Assembly (NCBI GenBank): GCA_010015805.1
Contig: ML978126.1
Location: 62,001 to 126,000, forward strand
Length of the DNA stretch: 64,000 nucleotides
DNA from: Rhizodiscina lignyota
Taxonomy: Eukaryota
Reading direction: 5' to 3'
The translations under genes were made by a program, and so were the position numbers. Shown in pieces: positions 50,609 through 62,672 of this stretch (position 1 is its first letter; each line of letters opens with the position of its first letter). The notes below the pieces were generated by a model. The model had not been told where the DNA came from. It searched no databases and saw only the letters and a program-made list of their open reading frames with translations.

Positions 50609-51218
50609 CGCCGGCCTTCGGGCTACCCTATCCCGAAGCCGGACGACGATAAGGCGAAGCCCAAAACCTTTTCTTGACAACTGGAGCTTCATTCAATGAT
50701 GGCACCGGTATCGAATCTCTTGTAGACACAACGAGAGAGAGAACAAATACTGTTTTGCGTCTTCATGAATGTCCCAGTATCCAAACAAAACTGCGCCCAG
50801 CGTCGAGCACTTATCGTATGCTGGAGTAAAATTCTCTCTCTCATCGTCGGCGGTCTGAGAGTCCCCTGAGCCCAGATAAGAGGCCACGTGAAAAGGAGCA
50901 GTTGCTTGATTCAGTAAGAGTAAATGTTCGAAGATACACATCGACCAATCGGAGTATCACCAGACACTGATGCATTGAGAAATGACTGACTCAGTCGTGA
51001 GTAGAAAGGACTTGTAGGCACAGCTTTAATGAACATTTTCATATTTCCATCAGCCCATTTCCTCAAAGCTTTTCATTGATGGAACATTATATATGTTGAA
51101 AGACATCCTTAACTTCCTCATACAGACGTAGTCTTCAGAATCGTGAAGCACGCCATATGGTACGTATTGCAAACCCCGCAAGCAAGTCTCCGAGATCAGC
51201 ATCAAGCATGCTCTTATC
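50609..51218. promoter_or_regulatory. divergent promoter elements: CGG-N11-CCG inverted repeat plus four GATAAG sites
   Basis: CTTCGGG-ctaccctat-CCCGAAG within imperfect inverted repeat 50609-50645; GATAAG/CTTATC at 50648, 50810, 50875, 51213. Confidence 0.5.
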
Positions 51219-51308
51219 AGTACATGCCGGCAAAAATACTCAAATAATTAGAATATAACTGGATCATGATGGCTTTGAATTTTCAATCAGTTCTGGCAGG
51301 CTTCAAAT

Positions 51309-53014
51309 ATGGCGTCCGACAAGAAGGACGACGTGCCCACCGTCGCCGACGCACGCTCGCCGTCTATTGACGATGTTATTGGTGAGAAAGCTCCAGTCGT
51401 CGCAGCGGACGCCCGCGAGCTTTACGAGCTATATCACAGATCCGACGAAAGAGATGTCGATACTGCGGAGGCGAAGAGAGTGCTGAGGAAGGTTGACTGG
51501 CGGATCTTGCCCATGCTGTTCATGACGTACTTTCTGCAATTCCTTGACAAGAGCGGGATCAACTATGCAAGTGTGTATGGGCTGCAGAAGGGAACTCACC
51601 TACACGGCCAAGACTACTCATGGCTGGGTAAGTACTTGCTCTATCTCATGTTCCACGGCTTCACTGATTGACGGTAGGGTCGATCTTCTATTTCGGATAT
51701 CTGGCGGCGCAGTTTCCAGCAGGCTACCTCATGCAAAGGCTGCCAATGGCAAAGGTCACGGGCGTGTCGATTCTAGGTGAGCGCTCTCTGAGAGAGCATA
51801 AGGAATCCTACTGAAGAACGTTAGGCTGGGGCATCATCATGATCACAACGCCTGCTTGCGTCAGCTTCGCCGGCATTGCAGTCAATCGGTTTCTCCTCGG
51901 TGCTCTTGAAGGCGTCGTGAATCCTGCATTCATACTAATCCTGAGCATGTGGTATTCCACGGCTGAGCAGCCCATCCGCCTCGAATCGTATTACTGCACG
52001 AACGGGATCGCGACGATGTTTGGCGGCCTCATCGGTTATGCCATTGGCCATATAACGTCTGGACTACCGCAGTGGATGTACGTTTTCTTGATCTTCGGCT
52101 CTTTGAGTATCTTTTGGGGTATCGTATTCCTGCTTGTCACCCCGGATCTCCCGTCAACAGCGAATTTCCTCAGCCCAGCGGAGCGCATTGTCGCAGTCAA
52201 GAGAGTTGCGGGCAACCGTCAAGGTATCAAGAATGCCAAGTTCAGCAAGCGCCAGGCGTATCAGACGGTCGTGGATCCGAAGACGTGGATGCTTGTCATC
52301 ATGGCTGTCGCTGCCCAGATTCCCAATGCAGCTTTAACGAGCTTCACAAGTCTCGTCATTCAAGGTTTCGGCTTTGATACGCTTGGATCTCAGTATCTCC
52401 AAATTCCCGGCGGCGCTGTACACCTGGTTAGCACGCTGACAGGAGGATACATCTGTTCGCGCTTCCGCAACGTCCGATTCATCACCATGATTGTTGCTAG
52501 CACCATCTGCATTCTCGGGTCTGGGTTACTTGTGGGGCTGCCGAACAGCAACAAATGGGGACGAATGGTCGCACTCTGGCTGTGTAATCTACAGAGTTTA
52601 GGGTTCTCGATGAGCTTGACCATCGTGAGCAGTAATATTGGCGGATACACGAAGAAACAGCTGACTGGTGCTGCGCTGTTCGTGGCCTACTGTGTTGGTA
52701 ATATTATTGGCCCGCAAACATTTAGGGCTAACGAGGCTCCTGGTTATCATTCAGCCTATGTTGCGTAAGTATTGAAATGAGATCGAAATTGAGTATTGAA
52801 AGCTGACGAAGCGCAAAGCATGCTTATTGGATATTGCATCAAGCTGCTTATGATGGTATGCTTGTATGTCTACATGTGGCGGGTCAACAAGAGCCGAGAT
52901 CGTGACGTTCTGGAGGGGAGAGTTTTGACGGAGGAGGAGGAGAAGGATGCTATTGAGAGAGGCATGCAAGATATGACGGAGATTGACAACAGGGGCTTCC
53001 GATACGCGCTGTAG
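51309..53014 (+). CDS. MFS transporter, allantoate permease (Dal5)-like, 4 exons
   Basis: LRKVDWRILP, QFLDKSGINYA, YSWLGSIFYFGYL, MWYSTAEQPIR, NIGGYTKK, YCVGNIIGPQTF, DMTEIDNRGFRY. Confidence 0.92.
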
Positions 53015-53135
53015 AGGCTCGAATGTGACAGAACAAAGTTGACTCTTAGCAACAATACATTGAATGTCAAGGACGTATATACTCTTCAGTGAATACAAGT
53101 TGTCCGCGTTTACGCTGTGCGCTGTGTACTGAGTA

Positions 53136-53408
53136 GTGTTATGAAGTGTTTACAAAGTGTGTTATGAAGTATGTTATGAAGTGTGTTATAGAGTATGTCA
53201 TGAAGTGTGTTGTAGAGTATGTTGTGGAGTATATTATAAAGTATGTTATAAAGTGTGTTGTAGAGTATGTTATAGAGTATATTATAAAGTGTATTATTAA
53301 GTATATTATAGAGCTGTTATGAAGTGTGTTATGAAATGTGATGGAGTGTGTTATGGAGTATGTTATGGAGTGTGTTATAGAGAGTGTTTAAGAGAGTATC
53401 TGAGAGAG
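53136..53408. repeat. degenerate 12-bp tandem minisatellite (~22 copies, consensus RTRTTRTRRAGT)
   Basis: Consecutive units GTGTTATGAAGT, ATGTTATGAAGT, GTGTTATAGAGT, ATGTTGTGGAGT, ATATTATAAAGT etc.; differences are almost all G/A transitions. Confidence 0.92.
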
Positions 53409-56400
53409 TCGAATACTGTCTGGAACATATCTAATCGAGCATTTAGACATGTTCTCGCGAATTTCGAAGAGGGAAACTGGATTCCGCTGCACCCCGTTCA
53501 ATGTTCGGAAGTGTCAGCTATTTGTAACCCTCGCCAGAGGCCTGAGACAACTCTTTGAATGAATGCAAAGATTTGTTCTTGCTCTCTTGTTGGGAAAGAG
53601 TGCTGCCTCCGAGGGCTCGAATATCGCTTGTCTCCACGTCTGAGATGCTTCGGGAGGGAGTCTGCATGCCCAGTTCTCATCGGTTATTCCGTTGTTTGCT
53701 ACGCTGTTGCCTGATACTGCGTGACTTTGATCTCAACAGAATCATCGTTGGGATGTCATAGGGTGTGCTTTGGGAGAGCTTCGACGGCGCGCTTCCTTTG
53801 GGATTCTCAAAGCAGGAGACGGCTGTGCTGTTAAAAGTCCGGCGTATGAATAATATTCGCGATTGGTAAGAGGAAGAACACGTGCCTAAATCGTGCTTTA
53901 CATGCTCTAGCCGACATCGTTTGATTTGTTGAGTGTCGCCTGCAGCATCAAAATATCCATACCGCAGTTGAGCCTCCACATCCTGTTACTGAATAGGGGG
54001 GGAGAGATATCTGGGCAGTCAGCTCATACTCTTGAATGAGGCTATGATCGCCACGGAGCGTGCACCTGGGGGCCTTTTGGAGGCGAAAAGGGTATCGTTG
54101 CCGAGGACTTTCATGTGGAACGGACAAAACTTTAAACAGTAAGCTACCTGTCGGCTTAGGTTTATCCTTAATTGAACTGTCGTATTGTCTTTTTGGGTGT
54201 CTTCCGGTTCGGTGGGAGTAGTTTGCAGTCGCCACACCTGAGAACCTGTCATGGTCAGTTAGATATGGGGCTGTTCTTCAGGCTTCAACCGGAGATTTCC
54301 GGCTTAGATCAACGTCTTTTGGTTAGCAGAGCTGCGGTGTAAGTGACTTTCAGCTGCGAAGGGTTCATGATCCTGGCACTCCCTCTGTAACCGGTAGCAC
54401 AGAACATGCGGGAGGATTTGTGATAGCTGCAAGACGTGCTACGATGAAGTCAGCATTTCACTCCGCATCGTGGTGGTCTATGCAAACCAACCACGCCCTT
54501 CGCCAGCCCTAGCGGGAATAAACTCCAGCGTCATGGGGGTGTGCACGATTTAGCTTGAGGTGCACTGCGACACGGAACGCGTAGGCTCTCACCAGCCACT
54601 GGTCGTGCGACATTGGGGGCTAGCGTGGCGCAATTTCAGTTTCAACCCACGGGAATCCCGTTCACAAGCCACACCGCTCATGCATATTCCTGGTGCAATT
54701 CTCGAGTCAGGCGATGTCAAGACTGAAAGTCACGAGATCATAGACTGAAAATAAGCACTCGGTTCGCAGAACGCTGAATAATTGCGGCTTACCAGGCACC
54801 ATGTGGCGATCGAGTTGTGGCTCAGGCAATGGTTTGGGGGCCAAAAGAAAGGGATGGAGAGAGTTTCTGCCCGTCAGTCAGGGCCTCAATCGAGTAACAG
54901 TTCGGTAGCAGGCAGAGAACAGATCAAGATCATGAGGGGGCCAGAAATAGCACCCAATAACAACTTCTCGGTGATGCCGAGTTTCAAGTTGAGAACGGTA
55001 GAATTGAAAATTGGGTGAGAGGGGATACGAAAGAGAAGACAAAAGGCAACAGCAAAAGTCACCTTTCTCGTCAATAGACAAAGAATTGCGTAATATCTCG
55101 AAGCTTTAGTGCCTGAGTTTGGAAAGGAAGTAGTCGTCCTACGTGAGGCCAGCGAACAAACGTTTTAGACGGCGGGTCTACGAGATGCACTGCACGCAAC
55201 ACCAGAACGCGTCGCAGTAGTGGCCGCTAGCGCCCGCCTACAGCGAGGGCAAACGACAGCCAGTAGACTCGAAAATTTGGACAACGTCTTGGTCGTTTCA
55301 GAAACCTCCGCCATACACCGGTGCAGCATGGAGGGTGGGCAGAAATGTGTGGGCAAAAGTTTGGTTGGCAGTGCAGAATGGCAGGCATGCTCCTCCCAAA
55401 ACGATCGCGGCGGCTAGAGCGAAAGGGGTTTAGCCGAATCTAAGCCTCCACAGAAATCCCTACCTCATCCCCCCAGCATCCCTCCTCCTTGTCTCCCACC
55501 GTCTTCAGGTCCTCCCGGCTGCGAACACTCGCTCTCCTGCTCTCTCCGAACGTCTCTCCGGAACGTCCTAGGATATGCGACTTCCCATGATGGGAGTTTG
55601 CATGGTGTGATGATGCTCGTTGCGCGAGGCAGCGAGGCATCGTCTGTCCCTAAATCCCTCAGCTGACAGTCCGGCTGGGCACGCGGCGTAGTTCCATCGA
55701 AGCCCGACACGACGAAGAGAGAGAGACACCCGTGTTAGAGCTGAAAGAATTAATTCATTCCGGAAATGAAAGCTCGCATCGACGAGGCTGTTGGACACAC
55801 ACGCGCGCAGGCGTCATCTATCTGGAGTGAATGGGGATGTGACCTAGAGGCGAAGCTGAGTGGATGCCACACAAGTAAGGCTGTGCAGGTCGTAGTTCTG
55901 GCAGGCTGCCACCATGCAAACCATCCTTATTCTTGGCTTGTCCGAGCTTAATTTCTTTCCAGCGGAAGTCGAAGTGTCAAGCCGGCTTGCCCCCGACTTC
56001 TTTCCGTCTCGATGCTGGCGCAGTATTCTCCGATTTACATGCGCCAATTCTCAGCTTGCTTGCCAATGTATTTCAAAGTCCACCACTCCCACCCCATCTG
56101 CACCTCTTCCCTGCTTGCATAAGACATTTTACAAACATCTCACAATAACGTCTTTGTCGTCGCGAACAGCGCCTTTGAATATTTGTTTTATCTCTATTGA
56201 ACCTTCGTTTGTTGTTTTCTGAGCGCGGCTGTCTCAGTTCATTCGTCATCTGGCCCGCTCACTAGCCACACCATTGCGGCACGGGCTGCACCACGAGAAA
56301 GGCATCCATGACCTCAACTGGCTTCGCATGATCCTTTGTACTACTCTTTCTTTAGACGTCCGATTGTCAAACGTGCCAGCTACCAGCAAATTCCGCCTTT

Positions 56401-56560
56401 GCTTTGCTTTGGGATCAGTTCAAACAACATCGTCGATATAACACCGCTTTCAGCCAGACCAGCACGATACTAGAGGATCGCACTGCTATCAGTATCACCA
56501 AATCAAAGACTTTTGTTTCAAAGGAAACCGCAAGGCCGTCGCGGGATAGAAACGGGCACG

Positions 56561-58321
56561 ATGTGCAGAGTCGAGGAAACAACGTACATCTACCCGGATG
56601 GAGAGAGACGCATCGGGAGGAGACCTCGTTTCTGCAGGCGCAGCAATGGTAGTAGCCTCTGTCACGACCACGAGCGCGAAAATATGGGGACTATAATGGT
56701 CCAAACAGAACCAGGCCTGGACGATGATAGGAATCTGCCATCGCCTGCTTCCAGCAACTTTCCCCCAACTCCAGAGTCGGGCACCAATGTCGAGGTACGC
56801 GCGCCGGCCACGGTCGGTCGGCAGCCCTCAACGAGAGACCATCACGGAAAGCGTCGCATCGATACCAGTACCATCAGAGTAAGGATCCGGAAAGACAGCC
56901 CCAAATGGGAGAGCCGCCCTGGCCACCATCATTCGGCGAGCTCTAGCTCATCTGCAGCGGCGTCAAGTTCCGGTATTCCTGCCTACGTATCGCCAACAAC
57001 GATGCAACCGGAGACATTGTCTTTCGATGTCCCACCAGAGTTATCTAGAGCTGGACCAGACTCGCCGACGGAGAGACTCCGACGGAGGTTGAGACCAGTT
57101 ATTACGAGTGCTCCACAGCCGAACCCATCGCATGATTCTACCAGCGCGTCATCATCTTCGCGTTCTAGGCAACTCCACTCTAATGGCCGGGAGGGACAGG
57201 AGCCGCGCTCGAGCGACCCGGAAGGTCGTCGCGCAAGGGAAGAAGCTAATCGCCAAGAGCGTCAACGCCGACGCGAAGTGCGGAGGGGCAAGGAGCCAGA
57301 ACAATCAGGCCCAACTCGAACCGCTCTCTCAGCAGAACAAGAAGCAGAAGAGAGAGCGAGGGACGAATTCGCTATGCGAGAATACGAGAGAGTTCAAGCG
57401 CGTGAAGAGCTGCGGCGACAGCACAGAGAGCGAGAAAGAGAAAGGGAAGAGAGGGAGCGCAGAGAGAGGGAGCTCCGGGACGCGCAGACTCAACAAGCGC
57501 AATCTGCCCCGTCTCGTGCTCGACGACATAGCGTGCACTACGCAGATATTGCGGACGACTTCCAGTCTATGCGTGTTTCAGATGGATCTTCAACGACTGA
57601 AGGAATACGGCGACGTGAAGAGCTGCTTCGTCAAATAAACGATAGGCGTGCCGCTGAAGAAGCTTCCCAGAGAGATCGGACATTCGAAACCAGACAGCGT
57701 ATACATCAACTAGAGGCTGAACAGCGAGCTGAGGAGGAGAGGCAGCGACGGCTCGTGGAGCTTAGAGCTCGGGAAGCACAGCAGCAGCAACGCCAATCCT
57801 ATCCGCAACAGCCTTATCCTAACTATCAGACCGAGTTCAGATTTCCAGCAGGATCGCAAGCTCGTCCATCATCTGCCGGCACTCGTCGCTACTCTGGCAA
57901 CTGGACAGCCGCCTCGTACCACTCAGACCCGGCTCCTGAGAGCGGCCGCGGGTGGCACAACGAGGACGTGTCGCCGCGGGCTCCACGGCGCACGAACAGT
58001 ACAAGACAAGCTCCTGTCCTGGCACGTCAGCCTTCAAATCACCATCTCCGGCAATCTGTAAGCTACACAAGTGCCAACATCCCCGCAAACGTCGAAGTAC
58101 GACGCCCAGGAAGCTCCTCGTCAAATACCGTGCCATGGATTCACGACATCGAAGCGCGGAGGGTGAGAGGCGAGCAAGTCCTTGAGAATGCAAGAGCTAG
58201 AGCGGATGCTGCGGAGAGGGAGGCAAGGGCTAGAGTAGCATCGCAGAGGTTGGGATATGCAGTAGAGCAGTATCCAGAGGGCTCGCCCGAGTGGTGGCGC
58301 TATCACTACCCAGGACGGTAA
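56561..58321 (+). CDS. hypothetical protein with Cys-containing N-terminus and Arg/Glu-rich coiled coil
   Basis: Single ~586-aa ORF from ATG 56561 (MCRVEETTYIYPDG...FC...LC), charged helical middle (REREREERERRERE). Confidence 0.7.
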   Translation: MCRVEETTYIYPDGERRIGRRPRFCRRSNGSSLCHDHERENMGTIMVQTEPGLDDDRNLPSPASSNFPPTPESGTNVEVRAPATVGRQPSTRDHHGKRRIDTSTIRVRIRKDSPKWESRPGHHHSASSSSSAAASSSGIPAYVSPTTMQPETLSFDVPPELSRAGPDSPTERLRRRLRPVITSAPQPNPSHDSTSASSSSRSRQLHSNGREGQEPRSSDPEGRRAREEANRQERQRRREVRRGKEPEQSGPTRTALSAEQEAEERARDEFAMREYERVQAREELRRQHREREREREERERRERELRDAQTQQAQSAPSRARRHSVHYADIADDFQSMRVSDGSSTTEGIRRREELLRQINDRRAAEEASQRDRTFETRQRIHQLEAEQRAEEERQRRLVELRAREAQQQQRQSYPQQPYPNYQTEFRFPAGSQARPSSAGTRRYSGNWTAASYHSDPAPESGRGWHNEDVSPRAPRRTNSTRQAPVLARQPSNHHLRQSVSYTSANIPANVEVRRPGSSSSNTVPWIHDIEARRVRGEQVLENARARADAAEREARARVASQRLGYAVEQYPEGSPEWWRYHYPGR

Positions 58322-58826
58322 CCTCCAGGGTAGAGATATTGATATGGTTTTATTTTGGGTGGTTTCGAATGGCGCACATAAATTTTCTGGCTGATTTCAG
58401 GATACCCATATTTTGGGCCAAATACATAGATATCCGTTTTGCAAATACGTTGTGCAGAGACTGTCTGGGGTGCGAGCCTCGACATGCTAAATACGAAATA
58501 TCATCTTCTCCTGTCAGTTCTGGCAACAGCACCTTTAAAGTTAATTTAAGGTGAATGATTCAGCCTTGAAGCTCAACAGTCATTCACAGCTGTCGGAATT
58601 CCAACATATCGCAGGCAACAACGTGGATGTGGCGGTGCAAGTGTTAGCAGATCGGAATAATCTCGGCAGATATCGCCGCGGCTTCTCCCTTCAGCTCCAT
58701 AAATCCCCGCGTTCCACTGCTGCTGCCTTTCATCAACAACAACCTACTCCATCTCCTTCAAGGTTCTCCATTAATTTCCGTCACGAGCTCATTCCACCAG
58801 GAACAAAGTGGGTCGCATCCTCCAAA

Positions 58827-59936
58827 ATGGCGGATTTCACAATCAAGCCACCCGCAAGCGGAGTCTTAGATCCCGACTCGCCAACAAGCAACAAGCGGGA
58901 TGCTCCGTCGTATGAGCTTCTTTGGAATGTCGTCGGAAGATTGAGAGGCGATGTCTGGGGCCTTCAGAAGCAGCTTGAGGAAATGTCGGGAAGGATGGAC
59001 ACTTTCGAACAGAGGCTATCTTCAGTGGAAGAATCGACCTTCACCCCGCCGGAAACGCCAACTTCTACCTCTGCCCGTGATGAGCCGAAATCAATGTTGG
59101 AACAATTCCTCGAGACGTATAAAACGCAGCCACCACGAGATTCCGCTATTGGTGGGAAAGAACCTGAATCTGCTTTCACTGTGTCCCCTTCCACAACCAA
59201 GGCACCGGATGCAGGCCAAACAGCAAAGGTCGAGAACCTTCTCGGCCCAGCCGCCTTGTTGCACGAACGGCTAGAGGGAGTAGTTGGCCGTCTTGAACGC
59301 TTTGAAGCTCGTCAACAGAAGACAGCGGAAGCCTCGACGCCGCTAGTTCATCGTATGGGATCTGGACAATCGAAACAATCATCATCACTCTGGCCCGAGC
59401 TGAAGTATCCCTTTGTGGACCTCAACTTCACGAAAGCCCGCAGCCAGAACACAGGGGCAAAGCATTTCACATCGACACCTGTCAACGCAGACATTGATGC
59501 ACGCATCAGGAAGATCCAGCAAGACTGCGTATCCATACTTGAAGAGCGAACCGAGCTCGGCAAGACAGCATCATTCTCGTCATCAAAGCTGCCACAGCGA
59601 CGGCTTGTACGCGAGAATAACGAAGCTGTTACAACCAAGACGCCGACCCGCTCTTCTGCAAACGCAATAAACTCGCAACCTCCGCCATATGCCTCGTCGC
59701 GCCCTCGTGTTGTCTTTGGACGTCCGTCAGTGCCAGCTCCGTCAAAGCCGGTGTCTCCTCCATCGCTTACTTCGTCGCCATGGGCAAAGTACTCCGGCCC
59801 GAAATCGTCGCCAAGTCCATTTGTCACGTCGGCAAAGGCTGTGGCGAGCGATATGCACACGTATTCCTTCAAAGGCTCGCGCAACATGTATGAGTTCTTC
59901 AAGGAGAAGGCTGCTGAATCTTCCGCCGAATCGTGA
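58827..59936 (+). CDS. hypothetical Ser/Pro/Thr-rich protein with short coiled coils
   Basis: Long ORF 58551..59936; first ATG in good context (AAAATGG) at 58827; coiled-coil segment LQKQLEEMSGRMDTFEQRLSSVE. Confidence 0.62.
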   Translation: MADFTIKPPASGVLDPDSPTSNKRDAPSYELLWNVVGRLRGDVWGLQKQLEEMSGRMDTFEQRLSSVEESTFTPPETPTSTSARDEPKSMLEQFLETYKTQPPRDSAIGGKEPESAFTVSPSTTKAPDAGQTAKVENLLGPAALLHERLEGVVGRLERFEARQQKTAEASTPLVHRMGSGQSKQSSSLWPELKYPFVDLNFTKARSQNTGAKHFTSTPVNADIDARIRKIQQDCVSILEERTELGKTASFSSSKLPQRRLVRENNEAVTTKTPTRSSANAINSQPPPYASSRPRVVFGRPSVPAPSKPVSPPSLTSSPWAKYSGPKSSPSPFVTSAKAVASDMHTYSFKGSRNMYEFFKEKAAESSAES

Positions 59937-60405
59937 TCAGTTACGGAGCTGGTTGCTCACGTTCTTCTGGTAGTTGCTAATCGGGCCGATTGCTCTGACG
60001 ATTACCACATCGGGATGATGATCTCGGGGGATATTCATGTTACTTTTGCATCATGACAAGATGGGACATTGCAATAATGGCACTTAGCTAGGCGTTTATT
60101 TTGCTTGTGATGCCTCGGCAAGTCGTGGCGAAATATTGCTCATTTTAAGGTTTTCCATGCTACACAAAGCGCTCCTTGTATTTCCGTTTTCGGACAGGGG
60201 GCAAGGGGCCGAAGCGAGTTATTCATGGGCACTGATCGTACCTTACACCTGCGATACCTTCCTTTGTTACATTGTAGCCTTAGCAGCAGCACAACTCTAC
60301 GGCGTCGGAGCTCATATATATCGACATTTTCTTCGAATTCTTCGCTTCTGCACCTTATACCTTCGCTTCTCCTGTGCCACCTAGTAACTTCCGTCATCAC
60401 TCATA

Positions 60406-62221
60406 ATGGGTACCTTTTCGGTACCACCGCCTGTTCAGGTGCTCCTCGCTATGTCTCTTGTGCTCATTGCTTGTTGCATCGAGAAGCTAATGCGACAGCG
60501 ACGCAGTATGCGTGGATTGGTAAGTTTCTTCTTTTTCTGTCGTAACTCGCTGTTGGATTCACGCCATATCGAGAATCAGGGGCTTTGTTAGATACTGACA
60601 AGCCACAGCCGGGCCCGCCTCACCACTGGTTATTCGGCCACATTCTTGTTGCTGGCAAAATGGCGAGAGACCTCCCCCCTGATGTGCACCCGCATCACTA
60701 CTGGCAGTATCTGCGAAAGACGTACGAGCTGGGTGACATCTTCTACTTCGACGCTTGGCCGCTTGCTCCGCCGACAGTAATCATCTGTGAGGCAGACATG
60801 GCAGAGCAGATCACTGTCAAACATTCACTCGACAAGCACCCCATTGTGAAATCGTACCTGAAACAACATCTCGGCCCGGAGAACATGGCTGCCGCGAATG
60901 GTGCGGCTTGGAAGAAGGCGCGGACCGTCTACAATCCCGGATTCGCTCCGACGCATTTGATGAACGTCATTTCCAAAATTGTGCAAGACGTCGAGGTGTT
61001 TCACGAGGTTCTGAGTGAGCTTTCTGAGACTGGAGAGGTGTTTTCGATGGAGTCTACTGCGATGAAGATTTCGTTCGATGTCATCGGGAGACTTGTACTG
61101 TAAGTCTCGTGCTAAATGCAGCAGTTACCAACAGCGAGCTAATAGTGACAATAGCGACATGAATCTCAACTCGCAGAGAGGAAGTGATGAGCTCGTCGAC
61201 GCTTTTCGGAAGCAATTGCACTTTCTTGACAGCAGCACCGCATGGTCTTCACCGTTCACCGGGTATAACCCTTTCACGCAATTTGCTATCTGGAGAAATA
61301 GTCGAGTTATTGACAAGTATGTCGGCCGCATCCTCGACCAGCGATTCTCTTCGTCTGCCACAGCAAATGGAAAGTCCAAATCTGAGCTATCCATTATGGA
61401 TGTCGCGTTGGACACTTACAACGCCGAACAAGGCGTAAATACAGCTCCAGGGTCACATCGTAGAATGGATGCAACGTTTAGGCAATCTGCAATTGATCAG
61501 TAAGATATCCACCATGCTTAACATCAACGTCAATCGCTAAACCTCTACCCGCAGAATCCGCACATTCGTCTTCGCGGGCCACGACACGATTTCCACCACG
61601 ATTTCCATGATCTTCTACTTTCTCTCAAAGAACCCTGATGCGAGATCCAAAGCTGGCGCCGAACTTGACAGCATCTTTGGCCCGGGCATGCCAGCTGCCG
61701 CTGCGCAAATCCGCAAAGACCCACACGTACTCAACCGCCTCCCCTACTGTCACGCTGTCATCAAGGAGACCCTGCGCCTCTTCCCGCCAGCAAACACTGT
61801 GCGTTGCGGCGACGGCTACCACATCACGGATCCCACCACTGGCGCGCGCTACCCGACGCACGACTGGATCGTGTGGCCCGACGCGTTCGTCATCGCGCGC
61901 AACGAGAAGTACTATCCGCAGGCCAACAGGTTCATTCCCGAGCGCTTCCTGCCCGAATCGCCGTTTCCGCCCATCCCAGTGGGCGCTTGGAGGCCGTTTG
62001 AGAGGGGCCCGCGAAACTGCATCGGTGGAGAGTTCGGGACGCTGGAGCTCAAGGTCGTGATGGCATTGACGTTGAGGGACTTCGACTTCGTTCCGGCATA
62101 TGCCAAGGATGCGCCAACGGTGGATGGAGAGGTGTGCTATCAGATGTTGTTTGGCAGTGCGAAGCCGAAGAGTGGAGTTCCGGGTAGGGTCGTGTGCAGG
62201 TTGAAGACTGAGGAGCCGTAA
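60406..62221 (+). CDS. cytochrome P450 monooxygenase (StcS/VerA-like group), 4 exons
   Basis: N-terminal anchor, PGPPHHWLFGH, AGHDT, ETLR, PERF and heme motif FERGPRNCIG; introns ~60520-60608, 61100-61154, 61500-61555. Confidence 0.93.
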
Positions 62222-62672
62222 ATTGGCTTTCTATTCTCGTTTTGGGTTTATGAGCGAAAGCAAATCGGAGTTTGCTCACTTCTTCAGAGATGGTTTCGGG
62301 GGGACGCGCTTTTTGTGCCACGCGGAGTTCAGTTATGTGGCTTTTCGTCCGAGATTAACAAATGAGCAAATTAGTTGGCTCATCGAACCTTTTTAAACAA
62401 TGAGTCTAGAGGATATGTTAACGGTAGTTCTAAATCTCGTAACTTTTAGATGATTCTTTGCCGACATATTCAAAACAATACGTGATATATCCAAGTCACC
62501 AGAACAGTAGGTAGAATTTATATACATTGAAATCCAACACTAAATACTCTTGTAACTTTTGAGATCGCTCGAACCTTATCTACTGACTCTCGCAGCCATC
62601 TCGACGCTCGTCTAACGGCGCAAACGGATCCACGTCATCCTGATCCCATGAAATTCTCTGCCGCGGTACTTC

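Noticed and set aside
53136..53408. CRISPR array or telomeric repeat
   Set aside because: Units are contiguous with no unique spacers, the genome is eukaryotic, and the unit is not TTAGGG-like.
54250..56500. ncRNA or gene in the long intergenic stretch
   Set aside because: Only short featureless ORFs and pyrimidine-rich tracts typical of promoter/5' UTR; no tRNA or snoRNA boxes recognised.
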